Positions 27,799 through 40,410 of a stretch of 63,656 nt of DNA are shown piece after piece (position 1 is the first letter of the stretch; each line of letters begins with the position of its first letter). This DNA is from Octopus bimaculoides (lineage: Eukaryota). The stretch lies in the NCBI RefSeq assembly GCF_001194135.2, contig NC_068984.1, positions 142,222,027 to 142,285,682 on the forward strand, read 5' to 3'. Below the pieces are notes generated by a model. It was not told the DNA's origin. It saw only the letters and a list, made by a program, of their open reading frames with translations, and searched no databases. The translations under genes and the position numbers were made by a program.

Positions 27799-28216
27799 GT
27801 GATGCACTCCTTCACTTAAAGCCCTAAACGTGTGCTTACGTTGATTAATGGTTAATCCAGTGCGGAGTGTCTTAGCGTGAGAATGAGTTTATGGGAGAGC
27901 GAAGTACTGAAGGAGTCAGATAAGGATGGAGCAATTTACGAGGAGAGTGAGTTGTCGAGAGATTAACTGGGGAATGATACACACAAATAGTGAGTCAACG
28001 AGAGAACAAACCGAATAGGGATTGAGTTAATGGAAGAGAAAGTTAATAGGGGAGTTTGTGGAAGAAGAAACGTGTGTAAATATATAAGTTAACGGGATAT
28101 GGAAATTATGGAAGAGCATATCCACAAAAGCACGGACCATCGAGGGAGCGATTTATCGAAGATTTAACGAAGTAAATCCGTGAGAAATAGAGCCAGCATA
28201 GAAGCAACTAGAAGTC

Positions 28217-28331
28217 GGTGAATTGGCAAAAACATTAGCGCGCCGGGCGAAATGTTTGGCGGTATTTTGTCTGTGTTTACGTTCTGAGTTCAAATTCCGC
28301 CGAGGTCGACTTTGTCTTACATCCTTTCGGG

Positions 28332-28336
<5 letters not shown>
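28217..28336 (+). mobile_element. SINE family B 5' half
   Basis: TTACGTTCTGAGTTCAAATTCCGCCGAGGTCGACTTTG..CATCCTTTCGGG, running into (TA)n. Confidence 0.88.
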
Positions 28337-28362
<26 letters not shown>

Positions 28363-28543
28363 NNNNNNNNNNNNNNNNNNNNNNNNNNNNNNNNNNNNNN
28401 NNNNNNNNNNNNNNNNNNNNNNNNNNNNNNNNNNNNNNNNNNNNNNNNNNNNNNNNNNNNNNNNNNNNNNNNNNNNNNNNNNNNNNNNNNNNNNNNNNNN
28501 NNNNNNNNNNNNNNNNNNNNNNNNNNNNNNNNNNNNNNNNNNN

Positions 28544-28579
<36 letters not shown>

Positions 28580-28591
28580 TACATATATATA

Positions 28592-28773
28592 TGTGTGTGT
28601 GTGTGTGTTTGTCCCCCCACCATCGCTTGACAGCTGATTCTGGTGTGTTTACGTCCTCGTATCTTAGCGTCTCATCAAAAGAGACTGATAGAATAAGTAC
28701 TAGGCTTACAAAGAATAAGCCCTGGGGTCGATTTGTTCGACTAGAGACGGTACTCCAGCATGGCCGCAGTCAT
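28592..28773 (+). mobile_element. SINE family A 3' module
   Basis: GATAGAATAAGTACTAGGCTTACAAAGAATAAG..CTGGGGTCGATTTG..CCAGCATGGCCGCAGTC. Confidence 0.88.
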
Positions 28774-29656
28774 ATATGTATGTATATATGTAACGTAGCA
28801 AACGGTTTTATGTTGAAGAACATTTCTAGTGTGAAAAAAGGATAACCTAGCAGACGTTAAAACATGGCTGAATGGAAGAATATAGCTTTGGGCTTCTTTT
28901 ATAGTCAAGGTCTGAAAACGCTATATTCGGATTATGAATCTCAGAGCTATAAAAGAAATTTAGAGACGAAACCCACGGATGAGAAAATAGTCGAAAAACA
29001 AGGCTGAACTTTAAATCTATCAGAGTTACATCTTTGAGATTGGTTCTTTTAGTCAATGTTATTCCCGTGAGTATTCAAGAGCCACTTGTAGACCTTTACA
29101 TTTTGTGAAATAGAAGGCAAGCTCTTCAGATCAGCATTGGTGCAACCATGATGTTCTGTTGATCTGATGAGCTAGCCTTCTCCATCTGCATTGATTTGTA
29201 AATGTAGTTGTACTATGCAATGTGTAGCATGCATTTATTCGTTCTTCAATTCAGATTTATTACTGTTCAGTGACTCTTCATCTCACCTGTCTCCTCCTGT
29301 TCTGTTTAGTGCAGTTCTCTTTAGTACCACACACATACACACACGGACACACGCATATTAGCAAATATACCACCATACACGTACACACAGACACAAACTC
29401 GGCTTGGAAACACTAGTATAAAATTTACCATAATATGCATGGAGATACATATAAACACACACATGCGCACAGATACGCACAAATACGCACAGGTATACAC
29501 ATACAGTTGCACACATACACACATATAAAGTTGAAATGAAGTGGACAGTCCGAATAAGTTGGTGTCTTCGTTACACAATGTGAAAGAATTGCTTGACCTT
29601 AATGCATCGTTGTCTGAGTTCAACTGTTGAAACGTGTAAAAGAATTACATGCGTGT

Positions 29657-29743
29657 AAGAAGCCTGCTTCTTAACCACATGGTTCCGAGTTCAGTCCCAC
29701 TGCGTGGCACCTTGGGCAAGTGTCTTCTCCTTTAGCCTCGGGC
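29657..29743 (+). mobile_element. SINE family A 5' module
   Basis: AACCACATGGTTCCGAGTTCAGTCCCACTGCGTGGCACCTTGGGCAAGTGTC. Confidence 0.88.
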
Positions 29744-29762
29744 AAAATATATATATATATAT

Positions 29763-29808
<46 letters not shown>

Positions 29809-30059
29809 AAAATAAGGATTCAGATGGAATCAGGTACTTGAAAAGATATGCACCAGTTAAGATTCGATAAACATGTGGTTCCGACCTATGGTTGATAAGT
29901 ATAAAATAAGATATTCCGGTTGTGTACAATGAGAAAATCAACCTTAAGAGTTTTTAGCGCCGAGGGGCCGGTCTGAAGCATGCGTTACTTTGAATAATAC
30001 GTTGTTGGGATACTCTAGGGTGTCTGACCAGTCGTAAATCTTCTTGGTGTATTATAACC

Positions 30060-30400
30060 AAATGAATAATAACAGACGGTGGATAATTGTCGGGTCATTA
30101 CAGCTGTTTCTGACGCATTTTTTAATAGAAGAATGATAACATTACTCCATTACAAAGAAACCTTAATCATCAGATAAAATATAATTTTACAAACAAAAGA
30201 ATACAGCAGGGATGTGGCTGAAGTCTGTCGAGGCCAATTATATATTCTTGGGTTATCTTTTGCTTGTAAAATTACATTTCATCTGATGATTACGGTTTTT
30301 TTGTAATGATGTAATGTTTTCATTCTTCTATTAAAAAGATGCGCAAGAAACAGCTGTAATGAGCTGACAATTAGCCATCGTCTGTTATTATTCATTTTCT
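30060..30400. repeat. Long imperfect inverted repeat (arms of about 150 bp) carrying hammerhead-like core motifs
   Basis: Left arm AATGAATAATAACAGACGGTGG...TTTTACAAACAAAAGA is the reverse complement of the right arm TCTTTTGCTTGTAAAA...CCATCGTCTGTTATTATTCATT. Confidence 0.9.
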
Positions 30401-30453
30401 TATATATATATTTGTGTGCACGCGCGCGGGGGATGGGGTTCTCTTCGTATCAG

Positions 30454-30640
30454 TTTGTTCCCATTACCGCTTGACAAGCAGTGTTTGTGTGGTTGTGTGG
30501 TTCCCGTAATTTAGCTGTTCACCGAAAGGGACCACTAAAGTAAGTATGAGGTTTTACAAACAACAAAAAATTCTTAAAGGCAGTGCTCCAGCGTTGCCGC
30601 AGTCCAATGACTGATAAAAGATAACAGATAAAAGATAAAT
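30454..30640 (+). mobile_element. Old SINE family A 3' module
   Basis: AAAGGCAGTGCTCCAGCGTTGCCGCAGTCCAATGACTGA. Confidence 0.7.
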
Positions 30641-31864
30641 GATATATGTACTTACTTTCAGCTGTTACTACATTCTCTTTCACTTGTTATATATTGCACA
30701 AGACAAAAAGACGGTACCTCCTTTACAAGTTAGTAGAGTGAACAATCTTCATTTCTTTTGTTAGACATAAAAACGAGAAAAGAAGAAAACTAATGACGAA
30801 AATTCTGAAGAACCAATTCCAATTAATCAGAAAAGAAACCAAAAAAAAACCAGAAAAAAAACACCGAATCATTTAAAGAAGCAAACAAAACAGAAAAGAA
30901 AAAAAAATCAACTTTTATCGAATCAGGCAGAGAAAGTAAAAGAAGAACAACGAAATATATAAAAATCCAGCGCCATATTGGATATCACATTGCGTCTATA
31001 TTACGATTGTGCCCAGGAGTTCTCCATTTTGCTCAATTGATATGCTAGGTCACGTGATAAAACGGCAAAGCTGAAAGTCACGACCTTGCCACATCCAGCA
31101 TTTCAGGTGAATCAAATTGATTGGCTTCTCATGTGTCTCTATAAATGATCTAATAACAAACATTCAAAACCTTTAGCTGCTACTGTCATCGTTTGCCAAG
31201 CAGCACATCTGTAATCTTATTAAAGTCCGCTGATTATTTTTACTCGTTTGCGTTCTAATCCACACGATACGACTGTGTTTAGGAGATTTGATATAATACT
31301 CTGCTATCAACTTAGAAAACGAGAGGAGGTGTGTTGTTGGGTTGGCAGAGACTGGTGGTGGTGATGGTGGTTGGGCAACGGCGACTGACTACGGAGAGTG
31401 AGATCAAATTAGATTGTTTTATTTGGTTATTTATACGTGGATTGGTTCTCTCTTTTTGATTTTGTTTCTGATATTGCTTCTACCATTTGGCTTTATGTAT
31501 GGAAGAAAGAAGGAAAGAAAGAGAGAAAGAAGGAAAGAGAAAAAGAGAATGATTGAGAAAGATAGGTAGAAAGGACAATACTGTGAGACAGAGAATGAGC
31601 GAAAGAAAGAGAGTGAGGGATATACGAGGAAAGAAGCAAGGATAATTGTTATGAGTAAATTGATTCTGGGAATGATACCCAGAACGACCATTGCTAACTG
31701 TAAATTGATGAAGGAAAGAGAAAACTTATAGCATCTCATTATCAGACAACGAGTGGATAGGGCGACTGGAGAGCGGGGAAAGTTGCTGTTACAGCTATTT
31801 ATTTCTACAATTAGCAAACCATATTCTTCGACTGTATGAATAATAATGATGATGACACTACAAT

Positions 31865-31922
<58 letters not shown>

Positions 31923-33657
31923 GCTGCTGCTACTGCTACTGCTACTACTACCACTACTTTCTTTTTATGGGCCACAAGTGCCCATAAATGCGATACAAAT
32001 GTGTCATGCAATGAGATTACGCGTGGAATGTCCGTACTTACGCACACACACACACATATCATAACGACAAGATTAGTATAAACGTAACACAATATATTAT
32101 GCTGAATTAAGTTAATATAAGAGGTTAAAATAATGCTACAGGAACTAATACAAAACAGGGCAAGAGCTACTTTCAGCGACAAACTGCCGTTATGGTAGGA
32201 ATAATGTATTGTGTGCCAGTGACCACCACCAAAACCGATCACTTGTTATTTGGATGTCAGGAAAAAAATTCGAGAGGTTCGGGCGTACTCTAGCACCGTC
32301 GTACCTCACTTGTAGATAAGACAAAGGATGAAGTCAATATGAATGATAATCTGGGAGAGCTTGGTACTTCATCTCGTTCATTTCCTGGTCCGTCACAAAT
32401 GTGTTGCTGATTCATCCTAATTTAGGGGTAACATTAGACGAAGAAATTTTGTGCTCTCAGTCAGAATACCAAAATTTTTATGGAGATCCGTAGAACTCTA
32501 TAAAGTTTTATGAGAAACTGTAATTGAATCTTCATGAGAAATATCCGGTGCCTTTTGTCTGGCCGAATTCCAGTGTCCTCTCTTTTCATCGAAGTTTTTC
32601 AACATTTCATCAGAAATTGTTTCCTCCACTTGTTTTGCAACGATGGAAGATATTTGCCGGTCTTGTGATACACTAGAAGATGCTTCCCATCCTCAAGTTT
32701 CGGTATGTAGTCAGCTAGTGGTGTGGGAAATATTCAGGTTTTTGTTTGTTTCTGCTTCAGCCATTCCAGAATTAAATTTGAAATAGAGTCATACACATAA
32801 ACATCCATCCTTAGACATCAGAAATGCAAGAAGATGTAAAATATCTTGGTCAAGAGAAAGAGGATTATGGAAAAATAGCACATAATATGAGATTAGTGAA
32901 ACTCAGCTAAACCTAAAAACTCAGCAAAACTTCATAGCTTCTTCTTTATAGATTCTCCGTCAAAAATTATCCAAATATTTTATTAGTTACCTTAATTACA
33001 ATGACCCTTTCTTCTCGAACTAATATGTAATATCTAGGTATATACAGCCAATATAGAAGCAAGGCACAAAATGCCTCACAACGAGCTCTGGACGTCGTTG
33101 ACAACGACAAAAACAACAACAAATCCATTTTAGCAAATTCTATTGTTATTGCCGTCAATGTCTCAGTTCCGCTCCAACTGAGGGAAGCTGAGATTTAAAG
33201 CTTTTCCAAACTGACCATCCTGTTCTTTCTAACGTGTCCTTCCACTTTCCAAACATTGGATGTGTTATTTGAGAAAGATTTATCTGCTCTTTCTTGCAGG
33301 TCAAGCGACCGTCGCAATACTCTCTCGACAGTTGATGGTGACTCAGTCGCGATGTTGTTGTTGTTGTTGGTGCTGTTGCTGTTAATGTTCTTGTTTCTGT
33401 TGTTGTTCTCAGCCTGATGCAACAGAATTATAATTGTGTACATTCCGTCCATGGCCAACGATTTTAATGTTTGTTTCTTTATAAACCTGATATATCAGGG
33501 ACTACAGTAACCAATATATAATGTTATCAGGCTGATTGGTCTGATTGGAGACAAATTTGACTGCTGTCTCTAGAAGAGAGATTCTCTCATTCGTTCATGA
33601 TGAGGTTCTCTTAATCGTTCATGATGATATATTTATATTAATATTTTATATTTGGAC

Positions 33658-33864
33658 GGCGGTGAGCAGGCAGAATTGAAAGCAAGCCGGGCGAAATGCT
33701 TAGCGGTATTTCGTCTGTCTTTATGTTCTGAGTTCAAATTCCGCCGGGGTCAACTTTGTCTCTCATCCTTTCGGGGTCGATAAATTAAATTCTAGTTCCG
33801 TACTGGGGTCGATCTAATCGACTGGCCCCTTCTCAAAAAATGTCGAGCTTTGTGCCTAGAGTAG
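33658..33864 (+). mobile_element. SINE family B, full length
   Basis: Head GGCGGTGAGCAGGCAGAA through TTGTGCCTAGAGTAG. Confidence 0.9.
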
Positions 33865-33865
33865 G

Positions 33866-33992
33866 CACATGGTTCTGGGTTCAGTTCCACTGTGTGGCAC
33901 CTTGGGCGAGTATCTTCTAGTACAACCTCGGGCCGACCAAAGCCATGCGAGTGGATTTGGTAGACGGAAACTGAAAGAAGCCCGTCGTATAT
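33866..33992 (+). mobile_element. SINE family A 5' module abutting SINE B
   Basis: CACATGGTTCTGGGTTCAG..GGCACCTTGGGCGAG..GAAACTGAAAGAAGCCCGTCG. Confidence 0.88.
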
Positions 33993-35169
33993 GTATATAC
34001 ATGTGTGTGCATGTGTGTATTTGAGTCTTCGTGTTTACTTCANNNNNNNNNNNNNNNNNNNNNNNNNNNNNNNNNNNNNNNNNNNNNNNNNNNNNNNNNN
34101 NNNNNNNNNNNNNNNNNNNNNNNNNNNNNNNNNNNNNNNNNNNNNNNNNNNNNNNNNNNNNNNNNNNNNNNNNNNNNNNNNNNNNNNNNNNNNNNNNNNN
34201 NNNNNNNNNNNNNNNNNNNNNNNNNNNNNNNNNNNNNNNNNNNNNNNNNNNNNNNNNNNNNNNNNNNNNNNNNNNNNNNNNNNNNNNNNNNNNNNNNNNN
34301 NNNNNNNNNNNNNNNNNNNNNNNNNNNNNNNNNNNNNNNNNNNNNNNNNNNNNNNNNNNNNNNNNNNNNNNNNNNNNNNNNNNNNNNNNNNNNNNNNNNN
34401 NNNNNNNNNNNNNNNNNNNNNNNNNNNNNNNNNNNNNNNNNNNNNNNNNNNNNNNNNNNNNNNNNNNNNNNNNNNNNNNNNNNNNNNNNNNNNNNNNNNN
34501 NNNNNNNNNNNNNNNNNNNNNNNNNNNNNNNNNNNNNNNNATATATATACACATATATATTTATTGTGAGTGAGAAAGAGAAGAACAGTTTTATATCGGT
34601 GTCAGCTGCAACCAAATCTGTGAGTGCGTGTCAGATTGTACATATATGTACGCACGTATATATGTATATATCTATCTATGTGTATTTATATCTATACCTA
34701 CATACATATATATATGTATGTATGTGTATGTGTGAGTGCGTGTGCATGCATACGTGTGTATTGAGAAACGCACAGATCTTGACAGGTTCATGGATGTGTT
34801 TAGAAGAAACTATGGTTTATTAAGTCCTAAGAAGCGAAGACAGAATCGATCGAACGCTAAGACCTAAACATTGAGTAGAGATGTAGAGAAGTAAGGAAGC
34901 CGGAACACCGGTAGGTGAAGCTGTAGGGCGGCTAATATGGTGGTGTGGGTGGTTCGGACAGTCTCACTTTAAAAATCGTAGTGACAGCTGTCAATATATT
35001 ACTAGCAGCGGATTTACATCGTCTTTTCAGAGAATTCGGTTGCATCTTAGAGTGGAAGCTGTGGACTTGATGACAGTTTATATTGGTAAACGGAAACAGC
35101 TGTGTGACACCGTTTATATCGATAATTATTGATATTTTGTATATGATTGATTGATAAAATGTATAGGTC

Positions 35170-35222
<53 letters not shown>

Positions 35223-35223
35223 T

Positions 35224-35425
35224 TCTTTTCATTTACTCGTTTCAGTCCTTTGACTGTGGCCATGCTGGAGCACCGCCTCTAGTTGAACAAATTGACCCCA
35301 GGACTTATTCTTTGTAAGCCTAGTACTTATTCTATCGGCTTCTTTTGATGAACCACTAAGTTACGGGGAGATAAACATACTAACATTAGTGTCAAGCAAT
35401 CGTGGGGGTCAAACACAGACATACA
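35224..35425 (-). mobile_element. SINE family A 3' module
   Basis: GACTGTGGCCATGCTGGAGCACCGCC..GACCCCAGGACTTATTCTTTGTAAGCCTAGTACTTATTCTATC. Confidence 0.9.
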
Positions 35426-35463
35426 AATACACACACACACACGCACACGCACACATATATACA

Positions 35464-35960
35464 CAGTGTCCGAAAAGTCACCGATGTGTTTCAATTTTTA
35501 ATAACTTCCTTAACTCTACAAATAAATGCATGAAATTTTGATCCAATATAAAAGACATAATGGAAATTAATATGCAAAGGTCGAATTTTGTAACACCAGT
35601 ACATCACATATGGCGAACGACATCGCTTTTATGGCAGCCATTTTCGGCTTCGTACGCCCCTGCTCTTTCCAAAACTTTCATCATAACAACCTCGAGAATT
35701 TTAGACACCCACTTCTCTGATTTCTGTATTGATGCTCTCCTTCATTTGCACCAGGGTCTTCGGTTTGTTGACGTAAACCCTCTTTTTTCCGGTGTCCCCA
35801 CAAGAAAATATCCGGGCTAGTCATGTCTAGGGAACATGAGAGCAAGTTGACATTTCCAGAGCGGGAAATTATTCTCTCTCCAAAGCACTGCTGTAGTAAT
35901 TACATTGTTTCTCTTGCGGTACGAGCTGTTGCCCCATGTTGCTGGAACCATGTGTGAGGT
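35464..35960 (-). mobile_element. Tc1/mariner-superfamily element, 3' half with probable TIR
   Basis: Minus-strand WFQQHGATARTA...ISR...SLDMTSPDIFLWG...VYVNKPKTL; TIR-like CAGTGTCCGAAAAGTCACCG near 35464. Confidence 0.8.
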
Positions 35961-36099
35961 CTACTTTGAATTCATTCTACTAAAAATTCTTCAAGGTCTT
36001 CAAGGTGGGGTCCCAGCATTGCCGCAGTCAAACGACTGAAAGGAATATAAGGTAAAACATAAAAGATTCATAAGGAAATGAAATAAAGTACAATCTAAA

Positions 36100-36497
36100 T
36101 ACAGTAATTCCTCACCATATCGCGGCTCACCTACCGCGGTTTCCCTACCGCGGTTCACCTTTCGCGGTTTATTTAAGCTTACGTCGATTCTTCCGTGGTT
36201 TTGTTTTGCATTTATAATAAAATGAATATATACAAATTATAAAGATAATAAAAAAAAGAATAACTTAGCGGTTCAGCAAAAATGACCGATAGAATAAGTA
36301 CCAGACTTACAAAGAATAAGACCTGGGGTCGATTTGCTCGACTAAAGGCGGTGCTCCAGCATGGCCGCAGTCAAATGACTGAAACAAGTAAAAGAGTAAA
36401 AGAGATACAATACAATACTGTTTCTACCTCACGGATTTTCACCTATCGCGGGTTATTTTGGAACGTAACATCCACAATAGTCGAAGGATTACCGAAT
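36100..36497. mobile_element. Tigger-type MITE interrupted by a SINE
   Basis: Left TA-CAGTAATTCCTCACCATATCGCGG; right end reverse complement CGGTAATCCTTCGACTATTGTGG; internal CCGCGGTT repeats. Confidence 0.6.
36263..36405 (+). mobile_element. SINE family A 3' module nested in the MITE
   Basis: ACTTAGCGGTTCAGC...GGCGGTGCTCCAGCATGGCCGCAGTCAAATGACTGAAACAAGTAAAAGAG. Confidence 0.9.
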
Positions 36498-36641
36498 TAT
36501 AAACAAATGGACTGAAGGCAAAATCTTTTGAGCAAAAGCAAAATGTGTAAGAAATTAAGACGGAATTCGGAAATATACGAAAGGAAAACAGTGAGAAGAA
36601 AACCTTTGATGGTGATACCGAATAAGATATGGCAACTAGAG

Positions 36642-36991
36642 GAAGCGTTCCCAACCATTTCTTATCTATGGACCCCTTTGAATGCTACTTTATTCTGGTG
36701 CACCCTCGTGGCCATTTGATGCTTAAAAACTAGTCTTATAGATATTTCCTTCAAAATTTCCATTTTGTTTTTCCCATATGAACTTGTGTACGTTGAACTA
36801 TGTAAAATGTTAGAGAAAGGGACCCAGCTGTTTCTTGCAATACATCCCAGTACATACATCTAAAGCAATTTTTTTTTCAAGGGCCTTTAAAATACTGTTG
36901 TGGATCAGCAATTTACTATTTTGTTGCGTGGCGCCGCCGAAATCTTATATGGAACCTCAGGGCCGGTAGGAACCCCGGTTGAGAACCACTG
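36642..36991. mobile_element. hAT (Charlie-like) MITE
   Basis: Right TIR GGTTGAGAACCACTG; degenerate left TIR ..GCGTTCCCAACC; an 8-bp TSD is not clearly preserved. Confidence 0.5.
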
Positions 36992-37624
36992 AAGTCAGGT
37001 ATAAATAGAAGAAGGTGTAACGAAAGGAAGAGAACGAACAATAAATGGGGATGCAATGTTGAAAGGATGGGAAATATTAAAGAGAATTAATTGAAAGATG
37101 AATGAAAGAAAAGAAAATTTACGAGAAGAAAATAAAGCTGTGAAGTAAAAGAAAGGGAGAGATTAAAAGAGGATTAAAAGAAATAAAGATAAAATCGAAG
37201 AGAGAAAACGAGGATGGAGAGTAAAAAAAAAATTAGTACAAAACATTCAGGGAACAAAAGAGGACAGAAAAAGAAAAATGATGTGATCCATTCATCGAAG
37301 AAATGAAGTGAAGTGAGGAGACCAAAAATGTGTAGAGTTTTATGTGTGTGTGTGTGTGTGGTGGGATGGAGAGTGAGAGAAAGGAGAGATTTCTGGTTTC
37401 TGATAAATGCTGTTGAAAAATTTGTTTCTTCATTGGTTGTGTGTAGCACTTGAGATGTGCGTCATTATAGACCCCGGTCAACTAATGTTTGCGGAATGAA
37501 TATGAAGGACGGATAATGTGCAGAATACATATTGTGTGTGTGTGTGTGTCTGAGTGTTTATCTGTCTGTCTGTGTTTCTGTGTAAAGGTATATATATATA
37601 TCTATATATCTATATCTTTATCCA

Positions 37625-37660
37625 TCTATCTGTCGGTCTATCTATCTATCTATCTATCTG

Positions 37661-37729
<69 letters not shown>
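37625..37729. repeat. (TATC)n microsatellite
   Basis: Direct reading. Confidence 0.97.
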
Positions 37730-37970
37730 TGACCAAGGTTACCGTGGTCTTTTCCGTAGGCTTTTCTTTCCACGGCCAAACCTAAACTGTCCTCCCCTCC
37801 TTTTACACGAGAACATTACTGTGTGATACACGATCCCTATTGATCGCCCTTTTTCCTTTTTTTTTTCTTTTTATTTTNNNNNNNNNNTTTTCTTCCCCTC
37901 CCAAAAAGAAAAGCTCTACATTGTATTTGTCCCATCTTCGTTGAGCCCTGTGTGGCTAATAAAAGAAATG

Positions 37971-38038
<68 letters not shown>

Positions 38039-39269
38039 ATGCGATCAATTCTGTATACTGATAGCAGAGCTCCATATATGGTGCAACTGTTATCATGGCC
38101 GTATAAGTTGTAGTAGGTGACCGTTGATGGTGATAAACGAGGACTATGATGATGATGATGAGCAGCAATGACTATGATGACGATGGTTATAAAGATTATG
38201 GTGATTATGATGATGATGATGATGATGAGGAGGAGGAGGAGGAGGAGGAGGGTGATGATGATGGGAACGATCCTGACTCTACGACCTTAGATTCCAGTGG
38301 TGGCCACACCGTCTGAGACGGAATCCGCCAGAGGGTGGCCATTGCTGTTCTTCATTTATATTTCTTCACGTACCGCCTCTTTCGGTGNNNNNNNNNNNNN
38401 NNNNNNNNNNNNNNNNNNNNNNNNNNNNNNNNNNNNNNNNNNNNNNNNNNNNNNNNNNNNNNNNNNNNNNNNNNNNNNNNNNNNNNNNNNNNNNNNNNNN
38501 NNNNNNNNNNNNNNNNNNNNNNNNNNNNNNNNNNNNNNNNNNNNNNNNNNNNNNNNNNNNNNNNNNNNNNNNNNNNNNNNNNNNNNNNNNNNNNNNNNNN
38601 NNNNNNNNNNNNNNNNNNNNNNNNNNNNNNNNNNNNNNNNNNNNNNNNNNNNNNNNNNNNNNNNNNNNNNNNNNNNNNNNNNNNNNNNNNNNNNNNNNNN
38701 NNNNNNNNNNNNNNNNNNNNNNNNNNNNNNNNNNNNNNNNNNNNNNNNNNNNNNNNNNNNNNNNNNNNNNNNNNNNNNNNNNNNNNNNNNNNNNNNNNNN
38801 NNNNNNNNNNNNNNNNNNNNNNNNNNNNNNNNNNNNNNNNNNNNNNNNNNNNNNNNNNNNNNNNNNNNNNNNNNNNNNNNNNNNNNNNNNNNNNNNNNNN
38901 NNNNNNNNNNNNNNNNNNNNNNNNNNNNNNNNNNNNNNNNNNNNNNNNNNNNNNNNNNNNNNNNNNNNNNNNNNNNNNNNNNNNNNNNNNNNNNNNNNNN
39001 NNNNCTATATATGTAAATAAATGTAAATATATATATATTGTCATAATTCTCTGTCAGTCGACATCGCTTAATTTTAACGAAAGGAAATGGACATTTGTTC
39101 TAAATTCCTGGAGACAGACAAATACCTGTTTACCTGTCTGTCTATGTATGTATGTATGTATGTATGTATGTATGTATGTATGTATGTATCTATCTATCTA
39201 TCTGTTACTGCAGTATATGTCCTGAGATAACATCTCTTATATATGTCTTGTGTTAAGAACTGAATAAAT

Positions 39270-39331
<62 letters not shown>

Positions 39332-39424
39332 NNNNNNNNNNNNNNNNNNNNNNNNNNNNNNNNNNNNNNNNNNNNNNNNNNNNNNNNNNNNNNNNNNNNN
39401 NNNNNNNNNNNNNNNNNNNNNNNN

Positions 39425-39489
<65 letters not shown>

Positions 39490-40304
39490 TGAAAATCCGC
39501 TCCAACAGCAGCAGCAGCAGCAGCCAGTGGGAGCAACAAATCCACCTCGGCTTTTGGGTCCTTTCTTAATGTTCCTTACACATATCAAGCCAGATGCTCG
39601 CATGAGAATTTGTCGTATCTGATACAGGGAAATTGGGAATAAACATTCGCTGATGTTGCGAAGAGGCACTGAAAAAGCCTAAAATGACCAAAATCCATCC
39701 GACGCTCACACTTGCAGATGTTAGAACGAATTTTAGTATTGTACATTTAACGCAGTAAGTCGATGCAAGATGTTGTTTCAGGACAAGTACTGCAGTAACT
39801 GGCCCATCAACTGTTTATATACGTTAAATATATAACATAGATCTGACGTTGGTCGGATTTGATCTCAAAACATACGGGTTTAACTTAAAACCGCAAGGAA
39901 TTTGATCCATTCTTCTCTAGTCTTTATCACTCATCATTCTAATCATGGCAAAAAAACTTACAACACGAAATAACATTTCATAATAGTTTTTCAAGTATTT
40001 TATGCTGTACAGTTCTTAGTTATATATTGCAACATTCAGAAACCATTAAACAAATACATAAAGCCCTACACAATGCAAGAATTATTCTCTGTAGTCCTGC
40101 TGCAGTTGTTGCCGCTGCTCGGATTAATATTGCTGGTGGTGGCAGCAGCGGTTACGCCGTTACTGTTGCTGTCAGCACTCCTGCACGTCTCTTCTGTAAC
40201 TACAATTATTATAAACCGCCATAACACAGCATTAGAAATATATTAATACTGGGATATAGATAGAGATAATATTTTTTATGGGATGCTTCTAATATTAAAT
40301 AATA

Positions 40305-40338
40305 TTTGTTATTATTATTATTATTATTATTACTATTA

Positions 40339-40397
<59 letters not shown>

Positions 40398-40410
40398 GTT
40401 ATTATTATTC
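40305..40410. repeat. (ATT)n microsatellite
   Basis: Direct reading. Confidence 0.97.

Noticed and set aside
39490-39570. (CAG)n with a short ORF suggesting a polyQ/polyS exon
   Set aside because: The frames close quickly and there is no splice or homology support.
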